A stretch of DNA of 64,000 bases from Octopus vulgaris (GCA_951406725.2 OX597824.1:84196001-84260000); one strand, 5' to 3'; positions 14,889 to 28,110 are shown, numbered from the stretch's first letter. The notes: generated by a model from the letters alone, not told the origin. Translations and numbers: made by a program.

Positions 14889-15407
14889 TATCGGTTAACC
14901 GAATTATCCATACTAGGATAATTCATTCACCTACATATATATATATATATGTATATATGTATAAGTATATATATATGTATGTATATATATATGTATATAT
15001 GTATATATATATGTATGTATATACATATATATATGTGTGTGTGTGTGTATATATATGTATGTGTGTGTCTGTGTATGTATATATATATATATAGATACAT
15101 TGTCATGGAACCTCACCCAAAAAACAAAAACAATGTTCTCTTCTAAACAAAACCCCTAAAAAACACCTGTTTTATATAAATGAACAAGCTGTTTGTACAT
15201 TCACACAAAATTTTATTTGACAAGTTTGAGAAAGGAAGAAAAGCACTAATAATGAAGAAATAAAAAGATTTTTTTCCAAAATTCTGTCAACTTCTTACTC
15301 AAAATGCAATTTCTGTACATCACACTTAACACTCTATACATACATACATGTGTGTGTGTCTGTGTGTGCCTGTGTGTGTATGTATATGTGTATATATGTA
15401 TATGTGT

Positions 15408-15442
<35 letters not shown>

Positions 15443-15528
15443 CACGCATATATATATATATGTATATGTATATATTTGTATATATATATATATGTGTATA
15501 TATATATGTATATAGATGTATATGTATT

Positions 15529-15578
<50 letters not shown>

Positions 15579-16265
15579 CACATATGCACATTCATACATA
15601 TATACACACACATACATGCACATATACTGAACATTGATATTCATATAAATGCCCGCACACACACCCACACACACAAACACACTCGCACACAAATATGTTT
15701 TTCCTTTTTATTGATTTTTTAAAAATTTTAAACAATTCATGTATTTATTTGTCATTTTGTGATATTCCTGATAAATGGCAGCAGAATCCAAAATATCTTT
15801 TATTATCACTCTAAGCATTTTTGCCGAAGCAATCTAGAACATTCATTGAAGAATCAGAGCATCACCATTTTAATGTACAGCCTTCGGCTTAGCATCTGCC
15901 TAATCATTCTGTGCACATTCCATTTCATGATAAATAAAATATCACCTCATACTGTATTAATTATTGCAATAATCCATTGGCCTCTCTTGAAATTGTCTGA
16001 TATCGATTAGATACAAATTTATTCCGGTTCTATTACATAAAATGCTACTGCCATATCGTGCTGAGTTGTTTAGGCCATCATCATTCTATCCAAATCAATG
16101 CTGGTTCATATTGCTTGAATGATGTTGTAATATGCTCCTGTAAGAAGGGGTTGAATAAAATGACAGCTTATCATATGGTGACTTCACGTAGCTGGATATA
16201 GGTCCCTGCATAAAAGCTCCTTTTTTTGCTACAGTAAGAAGCAGAGTCACTGTAGCATTTATTTC

Positions 16266-16690
16266 ATCATCGTCGTCATCGTTTAACGTCCACTCTCCAT
16301 GCTAGCATGGGTTGGACAATTCGACTGAGGGCTGGCGAACCAGATGGCTACACCAGGCTCCAGTCTTGATCTGGCAGAGTTTCTACAGCTGGATGCCCTT
16401 CCTAATGCCAACCACTTTACAGAGTATAGTGGGTGCTTTCACGTGCCACCGGCATGGGGGCCTGTCAGGTGGTACTCGCAACAACCTCGCTCGAATCATT
16501 TTATACATGCCAACGGCACAGGTGCCAGTAAGGCGATGCTGATAACGACCTCGCTCGAATGGTGCTTCCTACATGCCACCGGCACAGAAGCCAGTTAGCA
16601 GCTCTGGCAACGATCACGCTCGGATGGTGCTCTTAGCACCCTACTAGCACGGGGCACAAGTGCCAGTAAAGCAAAGCTGGTAACGAGTGT
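16266..16690 (-). mobile_element. Family D element with internal tandem units
   Basis: D tail plus several '(a/g)tgccaccggcac' units. Confidence 0.85.
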
Positions 16691-16905
16691 AAATATTTCA
16701 TAAACTCACACATGCATGACATACATACACATATACACAATAAATTGTCCGGTAATGAAAGAAATGGTAAGCTGTGATAATTCTTTTCTGCTAGGTTTTC
16801 CTTTTGGCATTAGTGACATCAGACAAGTAAAATGCTAATTTTCTGGGATAAATTATCTGCTATACTTCTGCACTTCAGTAAAAAACAATTATTATGAATT
16901 CTTAA

Positions 16906-17170
16906 GTGGAGGCACGTGGCTTAGTGGTTAGGGTGTCAGCATCATGATTGTAAGATTGTAGTTTCGATTCCTGGACCGGCGACGCGTTGTGTTCTTGAGC
17001 AAAACACTTCATCTCACGTTGCTCCAGTCCCCTCAGCTGGCAAAAATAAGTTACGTTGCGATGGACTGGCGTCCTGTCCAGCTGGGGCACACATAGACCA
17101 TAGAAACCGAGAAACTGGGCCCATGAACCCGGCAAGGCTTTAAAAGGGCACATTTATTTTTTTTTATTTT
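16906..17170 (+). mobile_element. tRNA-derived SINE family E with 14-bp TSD
   Basis: Head gtggaggcacgtggcttagtggttaggg...gtttcgattcc; TSD ttatgaattcttaa at 16892-16905 and 17171-17184. Confidence 0.9.
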
Positions 17171-17384
17171 TTATGAATTCTTAAAAGATAACGGTGTTTT
17201 ATTCCTGTAGAATTCAGCAAATAAATGAGCCTTTATTACAGTGAAAATATATTACTTTCACCACTGACACCATCTTATATTCTCTTGTTGCTCAAAAGCT
17301 AGTTCATTTATCAATCTAGAAATAGCAGCCAAATCTCTCTAAAATCAGCTTCAAACATTTTAAAAATGTAAGAACTGATTAGCT

Positions 17385-17486
17385 CAGTGTTTCTCAACCA
17401 ATTTTTTTACCAATGGACCTCCTTGGTTCCCATTATATATATATGTGGTTATTATATTTTTTTGATAACATAATAGGTTAGATAGG

Positions 17487-17521
<35 letters not shown>

Positions 17522-17678
17522 CACCAAGCTCTTCTGTCTGCTTTGGGATATTACAATAACGAATCATATGATGTGCATTTATAGTAATATTACAGTCATG
17601 AAATTAGCATTTGTTTATCTCACTCTTTCTCATAGAACCCCTAGGTATCTTTTGCAGAACCCTGGTTGAGAAACACTG
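17385..17678. mobile_element. hAT/Charlie-like MITE
   Basis: Perfect 16-bp TIR cagtgtttctcaacca / tggttgagaaacactg; flanking 8-mers (gattagct, ccctagac) share only a central TAG. Confidence 0.8.
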
Positions 17679-18023
17679 CCCTAGACCAACCAATACCTTG
17701 GAAGTGAATTCAGTAGACAGAAATTGTGTAGAAACCCACTGCTTGTGTGTGTGTGTGTGTGTGCTCACCAAGCTCTACTATCTGCTTTGGGGTGGTTTCT
17801 ACACTTGGATGCCCTTCCTAGTGCCACTTGCTTCACAGAGTGCCGTGGGTGCATTTTATGTGGCACCGGCACCAGTGAGGTCACTAAGTAACTTGTAAGG
17901 CAAGACCCCTTCAACAGAGTGGAAATAGAATGAAAGGATAAGAAACTAGAATAGACGGACAGGAGCAGGTGTCTTGCTGAAGAGGTGAACACAATGGCTT
18001 GCCCACCTGGTAAGAAGAGTCTG

Positions 18024-18177
18024 GGACATTTACCCACCATGGACAATAACCCACCAATGGCAATTACCCCTAAGGACAACAAATGATGAGTTAAACTTCT
18101 TAATATATTGGAGAAGGAGTAATTGTCCTAGTGGGTAGTTATCATCAGGGGAATTGTCCTATGGTGGGTAATTGTCC
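18024..18177. mobile_element. Small foldback-type element with internally repetitive inverted arms
   Basis: Three to four ggacaattaccc-like units on the left, inverted gggtaattgtcc-like units on the right. Confidence 0.65.
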
Positions 18178-18355
18178 TGATACGGGAAAGAAACAGAGTA
18201 AGAGGTAGATATATAGATAGAAAGAGAGGGGGAGGGGGGAATGGATGTAAGTTCAATGTGCAAGGTGAATATGAGAGAGAGAACAGACCAGAGGAGCGGA
18301 AAAGGTGGATGTATAGATAAGTGTGTTGAGTGAGGTGAGCATACTGTGACAGATG

Positions 18356-18663
18356 TTTGTTGTTTGTTCCTTCTCGAGCCATGCCTGGCTCATAAGGGCC
18401 AGTTTCCCGGTTTCTTTGGCATATAGGTTCCCCACCTGGATGGGACACCGGTCCATCACAGATGAGCTGCTAGATGCAGGAGGAAAGAGTGAGAGAAAGT
18501 GGTGGCAAAAGAGTCAGCAGCGGTTCGCCATTACCTTCTGCCGGAGCCGTGTGGAGCTTAGGTATTTCGCTCATAAACACACACATCACCCGGTCTGGGA
18601 TTCAAACCCGCGATCCCTCGATCTCAAGTCCGCTGCTCTAACCACTAGGTCATGTGCCTCCAC
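18356..18663 (-). mobile_element. tRNA-derived SINE family C' with 14-bp TSD
   Basis: TSD tactgtgacagatg at 18342-18355 and 18664-18677; same family at 28491-28780 and 40001-40296. Confidence 0.9.
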
Positions 18664-19262
18664 TACTGTGACAGATGGTTGGAGACAGGGAATGAGTTGG
18701 ACCCAGAAAATATCAGTTTTGTAGAAGAGAAGCGAAATGACTGAAGCAGGGTAGCATAGAAGATTGATGGAAGAGTGGGTGTTTGAAGATGAGTTGCAGA
18801 GGGGGTGTGAAGGCTTGTCTGAATGTCTATTCTACAGAGATGAGCAGACAGACAGACAGACACACCATATTTTAGTGAAAGCTTGTTCCTCATAAAGTGA
18901 TAAACTTGAAACAATAGAACGCTGTTAAAGCCTGTCTCATCAGCATCACAAATAGTTTAAAATATTCAAATGTAACTATGGAAACAGCCAGACATTAAAC
19001 TTTTCTATCTATTCTAAAATAAACATTTTTATTTCTTTGTTTTGTTTTGTTTTTTATTTGTTGTTTTTTTTTTCTGTTTCATTTCATTTCATTCATTTCA
19101 ATAATTCAAAATAGTTTATCGTGTTTGAATAAATTTTTTCTTTTTTTCTTTTTTTTTTTTTTTTGCTTTGTTTTCAATACCAAGCTAATATCATTTAGGT
19201 AATTACCAGAGGAAAAAAACTTGAGATCATTAGATGAAATGTGACATTACTTTCTGGTGCCC

Positions 19263-19318
<56 letters not shown>

Positions 19319-19388
19319 ATATATAGATATATATATACATATATATATACATATATATATACATATATATATACATATATATATATAC

Positions 19389-19428
<40 letters not shown>

Positions 19429-19589
19429 ACATATATATACATACATATACATACATATATATATACATACATATACATACATATATATACATATATGTAT
19501 ATATATATATACATATATGTATACATATATGATAGATTGATAGATAGATAATTAGTCTGTCGAAAAATATTTATATCTACATATATGTA

Positions 19590-19669
<80 letters not shown>

Positions 19670-19672
<3 letters not shown>

Positions 19673-19783
19673 CGTGGTAAGAAGTTTTGCTTCCCAACCA
19701 CATGGCTATGGGTTCAGTCCCACTCCATGCCTACTTGCACAAGTATCTACTATAGCCTTGGGCCAACCAAAGCATATGTATAG

Positions 19784-19826
<43 letters not shown>

Positions 19827-20216
19827 GTGTATTTGTGTGTGTGTATGTGTGTTTATGTCTGTTTATTTGCCACCACAACTTGACAACCGGTGTTGGTGTA
19901 TTTACATCCCTGTAACTTAGTGGTTCAACAAAAAGTAAATGATAGAGTAAATATCAGGTTTAAAAAAAAATGCAGCAAGACCAATTAGTTTAATTAAAAT
20001 TCATCAAGGCAGTGCCCCATCATGACCTCAGTCTAATGACTGAAACAAGTAAAAGATAGGTGTAGAAATGGCTGTGTGGTAAGTAGCTTGCTTATGAACC
20101 ACATGGTTCCAGGTTCAGTTCCACTGCGTGGCACCTTGGGAAAGTGTCTTCTACTATAGCCTCGGGCTGACCAAAGCCTTGTGAGTGGATTTGGTAGCTA
20201 GAAACTGAAAGCCCGT

Positions 20217-20251
<35 letters not shown>

Positions 20252-20470
20252 GTGTGTATATGTTTGTGTTTCTGTGTTTGTCCCCCCAACATCACTTGAC
20301 AACCGATGCTGGTGTGTTTACGTCCCCGTAACTTAACAGTTCGGCAAAAGTGACCGATAGAATAAGTACTAGGCTTACAAAGAATAAGTCCTGGAGTCGA
20401 TTTGCTTGACTAAAGGCGGTGCTCCAGCATGGCCACAGTCACATGACTGAAACAAGTAAAAGAGAAAAGA
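19670..20470 (+). mobile_element. Two adjacent SINE family A copies (older ~19670-20060, younger ~20066-20470)
   Basis: Head tggctgtgtggtaag...ggttcagtcccact, internal (TA)/(TG) tract, tail actgaaacaagtaaaaga. Confidence 0.88.
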
Positions 20471-20703
20471 TAGACATACATATATATATGATGATGGACT
20501 CTCCTGTCAAAGACAATGTATGACCATTCAGCTTTTGCTGACTGACCTGCACAAATGATTCATTTATAGTGATCAAATGTATGTGCCGTAAATTAGCTCC
20601 TTCTTTCCATCAAATCAATGTTGCCTGGACAAGTGTATGGTGTACCATGTGTCGGGTGTCAAAGTGATCGCAGAGCAACATAAGAAGTGCTCTTATTCAG
20701 ACT

Positions 20704-21043
20704 GTGCCGGTGACACGTAAAAAGCACCATACAAGCATTGTTGATGCCAGTACCGCTTGACTGGTGCCGTGCCAGTGGCACATACAAAGCACCATATGAG
20801 CATGGTCATTACCAGTGCCGCCTGACTGACTCCTGTGCCAGTGACATGTAAAAAGCACCATTTGAGCATGGTCGATGCCAGTCCCACCGGACAGGCTCCT
20901 GTGCCTGTTACACGTAAAAAGCACCATTGGAGCTTGGTTGTTGCCAGTGTCACTTGACTGGCTCCTGTACCTGTGGAATATAAAAAGAAACATTCAAGCG
21001 TGGTCGTTGCCAGTGCCACCTGACTGGCCCCTGTGCCAGTGGA

Positions 21044-21045
<2 letters not shown>
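20704..21045 (+). repeat. Array of five ~66-bp units belonging to family D
   Basis: Units gtgccagtggcacgtaaaaagcaccattcgagcgtggtcgttgccagtgccgcctgactggctcct (approximate consensus) start at ~20704, 20769, 20835, 20901 and 20967. Confidence 0.9.
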
Positions 21046-21078
<33 letters not shown>

Positions 21079-21189
21079 CTCACACACACACAAATTCACA
21101 CACAAACTCACACACACATGCAAACTCACATACACACATACAAAATAACCCCACACACTCTCTCACACACACATGCACATACAAACACA

Positions 21190-21235
<46 letters not shown>

Positions 21236-21974
21236 ACTACAACAGGTACCTACACAATTTCCATGTACCAAATTCACTCACAAGACACTGTTCGGCCCAG
21301 GGCTATAGTAGAAGACATTTGCAGTGGAATTGATTGAACCCAAAACCATGTGGTTCCAAATTGAGCTTCTTAACCACACACCTATTACTTTTCTTTTTTT
21401 TTATTTTGTATTTGCTGACAATAACAGAATTCTAGATAAGCAATTATCCTACCAATGTCTCTTCTTTCCTTTTATTTTACGTCCAAAACATGGAAACCTA
21501 TTAAATAGCTTAAAATACTAAACAATGGCATCTAAGAAATTTGGTAATGGAATCTCTCGGCAAACCAATTTATTTTACATTTAAATTAAATAGTTAAAAC
21601 CGTTTTAGATTTGTGCTTTTTTATCTGCTCTAAATTACATGTGTGTGTGTGTGTGTGTGTGTATTTCTTATCAGCTCCCAATTATGTGTGTGTGTATGTT
21701 GTAATATATAATTATATATTTATTATGTATACATATGTACATGTGTGGATATATGTAAAGGTATATATAGGTATAGGTATGTATATATACATATATATGT
21801 GTGTGTGTGTGCATGTATGCGTGTATATATATGTATATATTTATTTATGTGTGTATGTATATATATATGTATGCATATATATGTGTGTGTGTTTATAAAT
21901 ATAAGCAAAAATACTAGTTCTAAAATCTCTCTAAGAAATCAAGGCAGTAATTGTATATTATGAATATATATATA

Positions 21975-22032
<58 letters not shown>

Positions 22033-22485
22033 CTTAGAACTGTTTTGCAGGGCAAATTTAATTGTTCCCTTCTGTGAAAATATAAATCTTACAAATGAAC
22101 TCATACACTTTTAAATCACTGAGCAATGCATTGATACATCTGACTGTCTGCCGTCTGTCTGTCTGTCTGTGTGTCTCCCTTTCTCTCTCTCTCTCTCTCC
22201 TCTTATACTTATATGGTAGTGGTAGCTGTGCGCAGCTTGTGCGAAAAACAGTTCTCAGTACCAAGTCAACTGTGATTTGATCCATGTGACCAATTTTCCA
22301 CAGCGCGGCTTACCCTGGTGCCAGATATATGTTGTTTGCTAATAAACTAAATTACTTAAATTAGATCAAGATTTAATGTAGAACTTTCCGTATGTAATCA
22401 CATTTGCATATGAGTCTCTGTGCATGCGTATTCATTTCAAACACTTCAAAAATTAATTTTCTGATTCATAGGGTATATCATCATT

Positions 22486-22567
22486 CTCATCATCATCATC
22501 ATCACCACCACCACCACCACCACCACCATCATCATCACTACCACCACCACCATCATCATCACTACCG

Positions 22568-22600
<33 letters not shown>

Positions 22601-22713
22601 TCATCATCACTATCACCACCATCATCATCATCACCACCACCACCACCATCATCATAACTATCACCACCACCATCATCATCACTACCGCCACCACCATCAT
22701 CATCATCATCACC

Positions 22714-22747
<34 letters not shown>

Positions 22748-22900
22748 CACCACCACCAGCACACCACCATCATCATCACTACCACCACCACCATCATCAT
22801 CATCACCACCACCACCATCATCATCATCATCACCACCACCACCACCATCATCACTACCACCACCACCATCATCATCACTACCGCCACCACCATCATCATC

Positions 22901-22934
<34 letters not shown>

Positions 22935-23029
22935 TCACTACCACCACCACCACTACCATCATCATCATCATCATCATCATCATTATCACCACCACCATCA
23001 TCATCATCATCATCATCATCATCACTACC

Positions 23030-23063
<34 letters not shown>

Positions 23064-23094
23064 CTACCACTACCATCATCATCATCATCATCAT

Positions 23095-23165
<71 letters not shown>

Positions 23166-23215
23166 CATACCACCACCACCACCACCATCATCACCATCAA
23201 TGATATCATCATCAT
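22486..23215. repeat. Compound (CAT)n/(CAC)n trinucleotide array
   Basis: Direct reading; source of the poly-His/Pro/Ser ORFs. Confidence 0.95.
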
Positions 23216-23583
23216 TTTAATGCCAGGGTTTATTGAGGCACCTTTTCTCTGGATGGAGGGGATTTATAAAGGCAGATTTTCTACTGCTGGATGCCCTTTC
23301 TGTTGCCAACCTTTGCCTGTTTCCAAGTAAGGTAATATTTCTTCATGACCAGACATGTTTTCATGGAAGTTTGGGAATGAAAAACACTGCTTGTATGACA
23401 GTGACACTCACTTACAACTGCAACGCAATGTCAAGACAAGGTGGCCCAAACATAGACATACACTCACACAGAGATACTCATACATATACACATAATAGGC
23501 TTCTTTCAGTTTCCATCTAGCAAAATATACTCACAAAGCTTCGGTCTCGCTTAAATGGAAGACACTTCAGGAGAAGAGGATTA

Positions 23584-24020
23584 TGTGTGTGTATGTGAGA
23601 GAGAGAGAGAGAGTGTGTGTGTGTGTGTGTCTGAGAGAGAGAATGAGAGGGAAAGTGTGTGTGTGCGTGTGTGTATGAGAGAGAGAGAGAGTGTGTGTCT
23701 GAGAGAGAGAATGAGAGAGACAATGTGTGTGAGTGTGTGCGCGTGTGTCTGAGAGAGAGAATGAAAGAGAGAGAGAGAGAGTGTGTGTGTGTGTATGAGA
23801 GAGAGAGTGTGTGTGTATATCTGAAAGAGAGAGAGAGTGTGTGTGCATGTGTGTGTCTGTGAGAGAGAGAGAGAGAGTGTATGTCTGAGAGAGAGAGAGA
23901 GAGAGAGTGTGTGTCTGAGAGAGAGAATGAGAGAGAGAGTGTGTGTGTGTATGTGTGTGTGTCTGAAAGAGAGTGAGAGAGAGTGTATGAGTGTGTGTGG
24001 GAGAGAGAAAGAGAGAGAGG
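23584..24020. repeat. Compound (GA)n/(GT)n array
   Basis: Direct reading. Confidence 0.95.
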
Positions 24021-24289
24021 AACTTTCCCAAATAGACTTAAAAGAGAGAATAGCCGTTGAAAGTAGCAGCTGTGTGGTCAAAATAATCATTAAGAACCAG
24101 AAAGAAGGCCGAGTAAACAGCTGCCTCCCGATGGACAGTGACCGCCAGAAAAGGAAATTACACATTGCATAACACATTCCTAAATACCCTGCCTGAAATA
24201 AACGACAGGACAGTCATGGCTGGAATATCAGTGATTACGGGTCTGCTAGATCAGAAGTGACACCCAGAAATTACTCCAAACGAAATTAT

Positions 24290-24452
24290 GCTCTCAATGC
24301 TCATTACAAGTGAAAGGTTGAAAGGTTGCTTGTGTAACACTTGTTTACAAAATGTAATTTTATATGGCAGTGAAACATGGGCTTTGAATGTGAAGAATGT
24401 GCAAACAGCGGAAAGAAATAAAGCAGGCATGCTCCACTGGATGTGTAATATA
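24290..24452 (+). pseudogene. RTE-clade LINE ORF fragment (post-RT region)
   Basis: RLKGCLCNTCLQNVILYGSETWALNVKNVQTAERNKAGMLHWMCNI contains the LYGSETW motif. Confidence 0.75.
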
Positions 24453-24794
24453 GTGTTTATGGGCAACAGAACACAAGCGGTTCTGTTCTTCTCTGTTCTT
24501 TTTCTTTTTTTTTTTCCTTCGGATTTTCTCCCTCCGTGTAACCGTAAATCAAACAGTGTTGGAACGATCTTGCTATTAGTACTGTTGTCATCACACGTTT
24601 CCAAACGTAACATTTAATATAGAATCAAGTGGTTGCTAACAATGGCACTGTGATTCTGTTTAGCCTCGTTAATTGGATTTCCAGAGAATGTTCCATCGCT
24701 GGAATGTTCTCTTTATGAAAGATTTTGCAGAAAAAGAAAAAGAAAAAGAAAATGAAAAGGAACAACAACAACAACAACAAGAGCAAAAGAAGTA

Positions 24795-25485
24795 ATACAC
24801 ATTCACACACATGCTCACACATACACACACACATGTACACATGCATACACACATGCATACATATACATGTGCACGCATGTACACTTCCCCATATGGTGTG
24901 TATTTTATTAATAAAAATTAATCTCATAATGCGCAATGTGTACATACACACACATGCAGACACATACACACAATACACACGCACACATACACACATGCAT
25001 AACACACATACAACAAAGAACACACACGCAACACATGCATACAACACATAAAGCACACATACACACATTAATACATGCACACACTCACACACACACACAC
25101 ACAACAAACACTCACACATGTGCACAATGCACACATACAATAAACACATACACACAACACATGCACAAAACACATGCATATAACACAAAGTACACACAAC
25201 AAACACAGCACACAACATACTCAATGCACACACACACACACACATATGTGCGCGCACACACACACACATATGTGCGTGCACAGACACACACACATATGTG
25301 CGTGCACACACACACACACATATGTGCGTGCACAGACACACACATATGTGCGTGCACAGACACACACACATATGTGCGCGCACACACACACACACAGCAC
25401 ATACAGAGTTTCCAAAATCTGCATCACCCACACAACACACTGCACACATACAAACATACAATTAGCGCACACACACACACACAGA
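24795..25485. repeat. (CA)n-derived array with a ~26-28-bp higher-order unit (cacacatatgtgcgtgcacaga)
   Basis: Direct reading of 25235-25395. Confidence 0.9.
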
Positions 25486-25823
25486 TTGAGTCGGATAGTG
25501 AACCTCTATGCCTTCACTTAATCTTTAAGATTTACAAGCCAAATTCCTTCAGAACACACACTACTATCTTAAAATAAATGGAAGACTTTCATGATGACGA
25601 TGTCATTGATATGATGATCGTTTACACATCCACTTTTCTATGCTTGCATGGGTCAGACAGAGTTTGTAATGGCCTATTTTCTATAGCTGGATGCCTTTCT
25701 TGTCTCTAACCTTAACCTGTTTCCAAGCAAGGTAATATCTCCTCAGGCCAAGGTGGTGAACTGGTAGAAACGTCAGCATGCCGGGCAAAATTCTTAGTGG
25801 TATTTTATCTGTCTTTACAGTCA

Positions 25824-26248
25824 AATGTTACTGTTATTTAGCCCCAGGAAACATCATCTCCAGTTGGCTATATGACACACTATCTGTGTCTTTATATTTT
25901 TGAATAACGGAGTTTAGCATCCTCACTCACCACAAAACAATATCTGTGTACCGCAATTTCTGTATTATTTCTCTTCATCAGCACAGTGTAACTGTTCAGC
26001 AAGAGATGGCGCTGCTAAATTCTTGTTCAAAATATATAGTTTTTAAAGTGACACACAGTCACTGATTTAATAAAATAGAAAATTTCTATTTGTAAATCTC
26101 TCAATGAGAGGCATTCAGTACCAGTAATCTAAAGTAAAAATTATTTGCCAACATAACACGGCAGTTGAATGTTACTGTTATTTAACCCCCAGGAAATATC
26201 ATTTCCAGTTGGCTATATGACACACTATCTGTGTCCTTATATTTTTGA
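25824..26248 (-). mobile_element. Hammerhead-bearing element with 80-bp terminal direct repeat (344-bp period), Penelope/retrozyme-like
   Basis: Direct repeats 25824-25903 and 26168-26248; hammerhead-like motif between them. Confidence 0.6.
25944..25986 (-). ncRNA. Degenerate minimal type I hammerhead ribozyme motif
   Basis: ctgtg-CTGATGA-agagaaataataca-GAAA-ttgcg-GTA-cacag; stem I ctgtg/cacag is intact, stem II is poor. Confidence 0.55.
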
Positions 26249-27360
26249 TGATTATGATGTATTATAGAATAACTGGCTGAATATTCCTGAGATACATGTA
26301 CCCTTAATGTAAGCCTCAAGTAGAATCAGTGCAATGCATTGTGTGAGAAAAGTTGGCTTGTTTGAAATAACAACTATAGTCCATCTCACAGGCTTCCACA
26401 TAGTTTCCATCTGTGCCCCAATTTCACTCAAAAGACCACACACAGTAAAATATGCCCTGTGCTGGGATTGAAACCAAAGACGTCATGATTGTGAAGCAAT
26501 CTTCTTAACCACTCAGCCACGTTTGCATTTCTGGCCATGCTTGTATCTATGGATATACTTGTGTCTATGGCCATTCCTGCAGCCAGATTGCTCATAGTGC
26601 TCCGAAACATTTAGTAAACAGTATTTCAATGTTTCACTAAGGTTGCCGTGACATTATTCCACATCATTTTGCTCCCAACTATTTATTGCTCCTCTGAGAA
26701 CCACTTCAATCAATGTTTGCCAATTCAGGTTTTGCCTGAAAAAGCTCCTTGTTTCAGCTCTGGATTGATTATGGAACAACACTCTCTCTCTCTTTCTTTC
26801 TCTCTTCTTTTTTCTCTTTCTCTCCCTCTATCTCTCTTCTTTTCTCTTCTCCCTTTTCTCTCTCTTTCCTTTTCTATCTCTACCTTTATCTTCATCTTTC
26901 TCCATTTCCAGCCTTCTTTTACTCACTGCCTAATTTCTTGTAGCTATTTCTAGTATTTATTTTTGTCTTCCAACAACACAGATCCCTTTAACATAAATAA
27001 CTTCACTGCTACATCTAACCTAATATACAATCTTTACATTCTGAGTTCAAATTCTGCTGAGGCTGGATTTTCCTTTCATCCATTTGGGGGTCAATAAAAT
27101 AAGTACCTGCTAAGCATTGGAGCCAATGAAATTGACTAGCCCCTCCCCCAAAATTTCAAGCCTGGTGCCTATAATAGAAAGTATTATTATTATTATGATT
27201 ATTATTATGATTATTATTATAAGTAGTAGTAGTAATAAGGTGGTGAGCTAGCAGGACTGTTAGCATGCTGGACGAAATGCTGCTAAGCATTTCGTCCATC
27301 CTTATATTCTGAGTTTAAATTTTGCCATGGTCAATTTTGTCTTTCATATATATATATATA

Positions 27361-27759
27361 TCTTTATATATAAAAGTAAGGTTGTATGCCGTCTGTCTCC
27401 TACGATTTAGATTCCTAACTACTCCCACATTTTGCAGTGCAGTTTAACCAAAACCGGGTATCTTATAGTCGTGATTCATATCAAGCCCTTCTGGGTATTA
27501 GCGCACGTCTACGATGAGTCTACGATTTTTAAAATAATTTACCATCATTTTTTTCCATTTTAATGCATATTTTTTAAATATAAGGGAAGTAACTCTCTAA
27601 AAATGTCTACGATGAGTCAACGATTTTTAAAAAAATTTACCATAATTTTTTTTTTCCATTTTTAATGCATTTTTTTGCTATTTTTGGCTATAACTCTCTA
27701 AAAATGCTTATATAGTTATTTCCCTTACAAACCCGAGCAACGCCGGGCGATACTGCTAG
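27361..27759 (+). mobile_element. Non-autonomous Helitron (subfamily 2)
   Basis: A|TCtttatatataaa...cccgagcaacgccgggcgatactgCTAG|T; same termini as subfamily 1, different interior with an internal duplication (gtctacgatgagtc). Confidence 0.85.
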
Positions 27760-28110
27760 TATATATATATATATATATACATATAAAACTTACTTGGAAA
27801 AGGATGCGTAGCATTCAATCATATAATAATAATATAAATAATAAAATTTGAACCATCTGTCTTTACATTCTGAGTTTTAAATCTTCTGAAGTTGACTTTA
27901 CCTTTCATCCTTCTGGGATTGATGAAATAAGTACCAGTTAAGCACTGAGGTCAATGTTAATCCACTAGTCCCCTCCTCAAAAATTTCAGGCTTTGTGCCT
28001 ATAGTAGAAAGGGTTACTATTATTATTATTATTATTATTATTGTTATTATTATTATTGCATTACCAAAAGCATGTTCTGGCATCATTTAGATTGCATTCT
28101 TAACATCCAA

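Noticed and set aside
20704-21045. CRISPR-like repeat-spacer appearance
   Set aside because: The 'spacers' are homologous to each other, there are no cas genes, the DNA is eukaryotic, and the unit is part of retroposon family D.
22300-22345. Possible minus-strand micro-exon ending CAGG|GTAAGC
   Set aside because: Weak acceptor, no supporting exons; such donors occur by chance.
22404-23330. 308-aa His/Pro/Ser-rich ORF, the longest in the track
   Set aside because: Translation of a (CAT/CAC)n array that is open in several frames on both strands and runs into a SINE tail.
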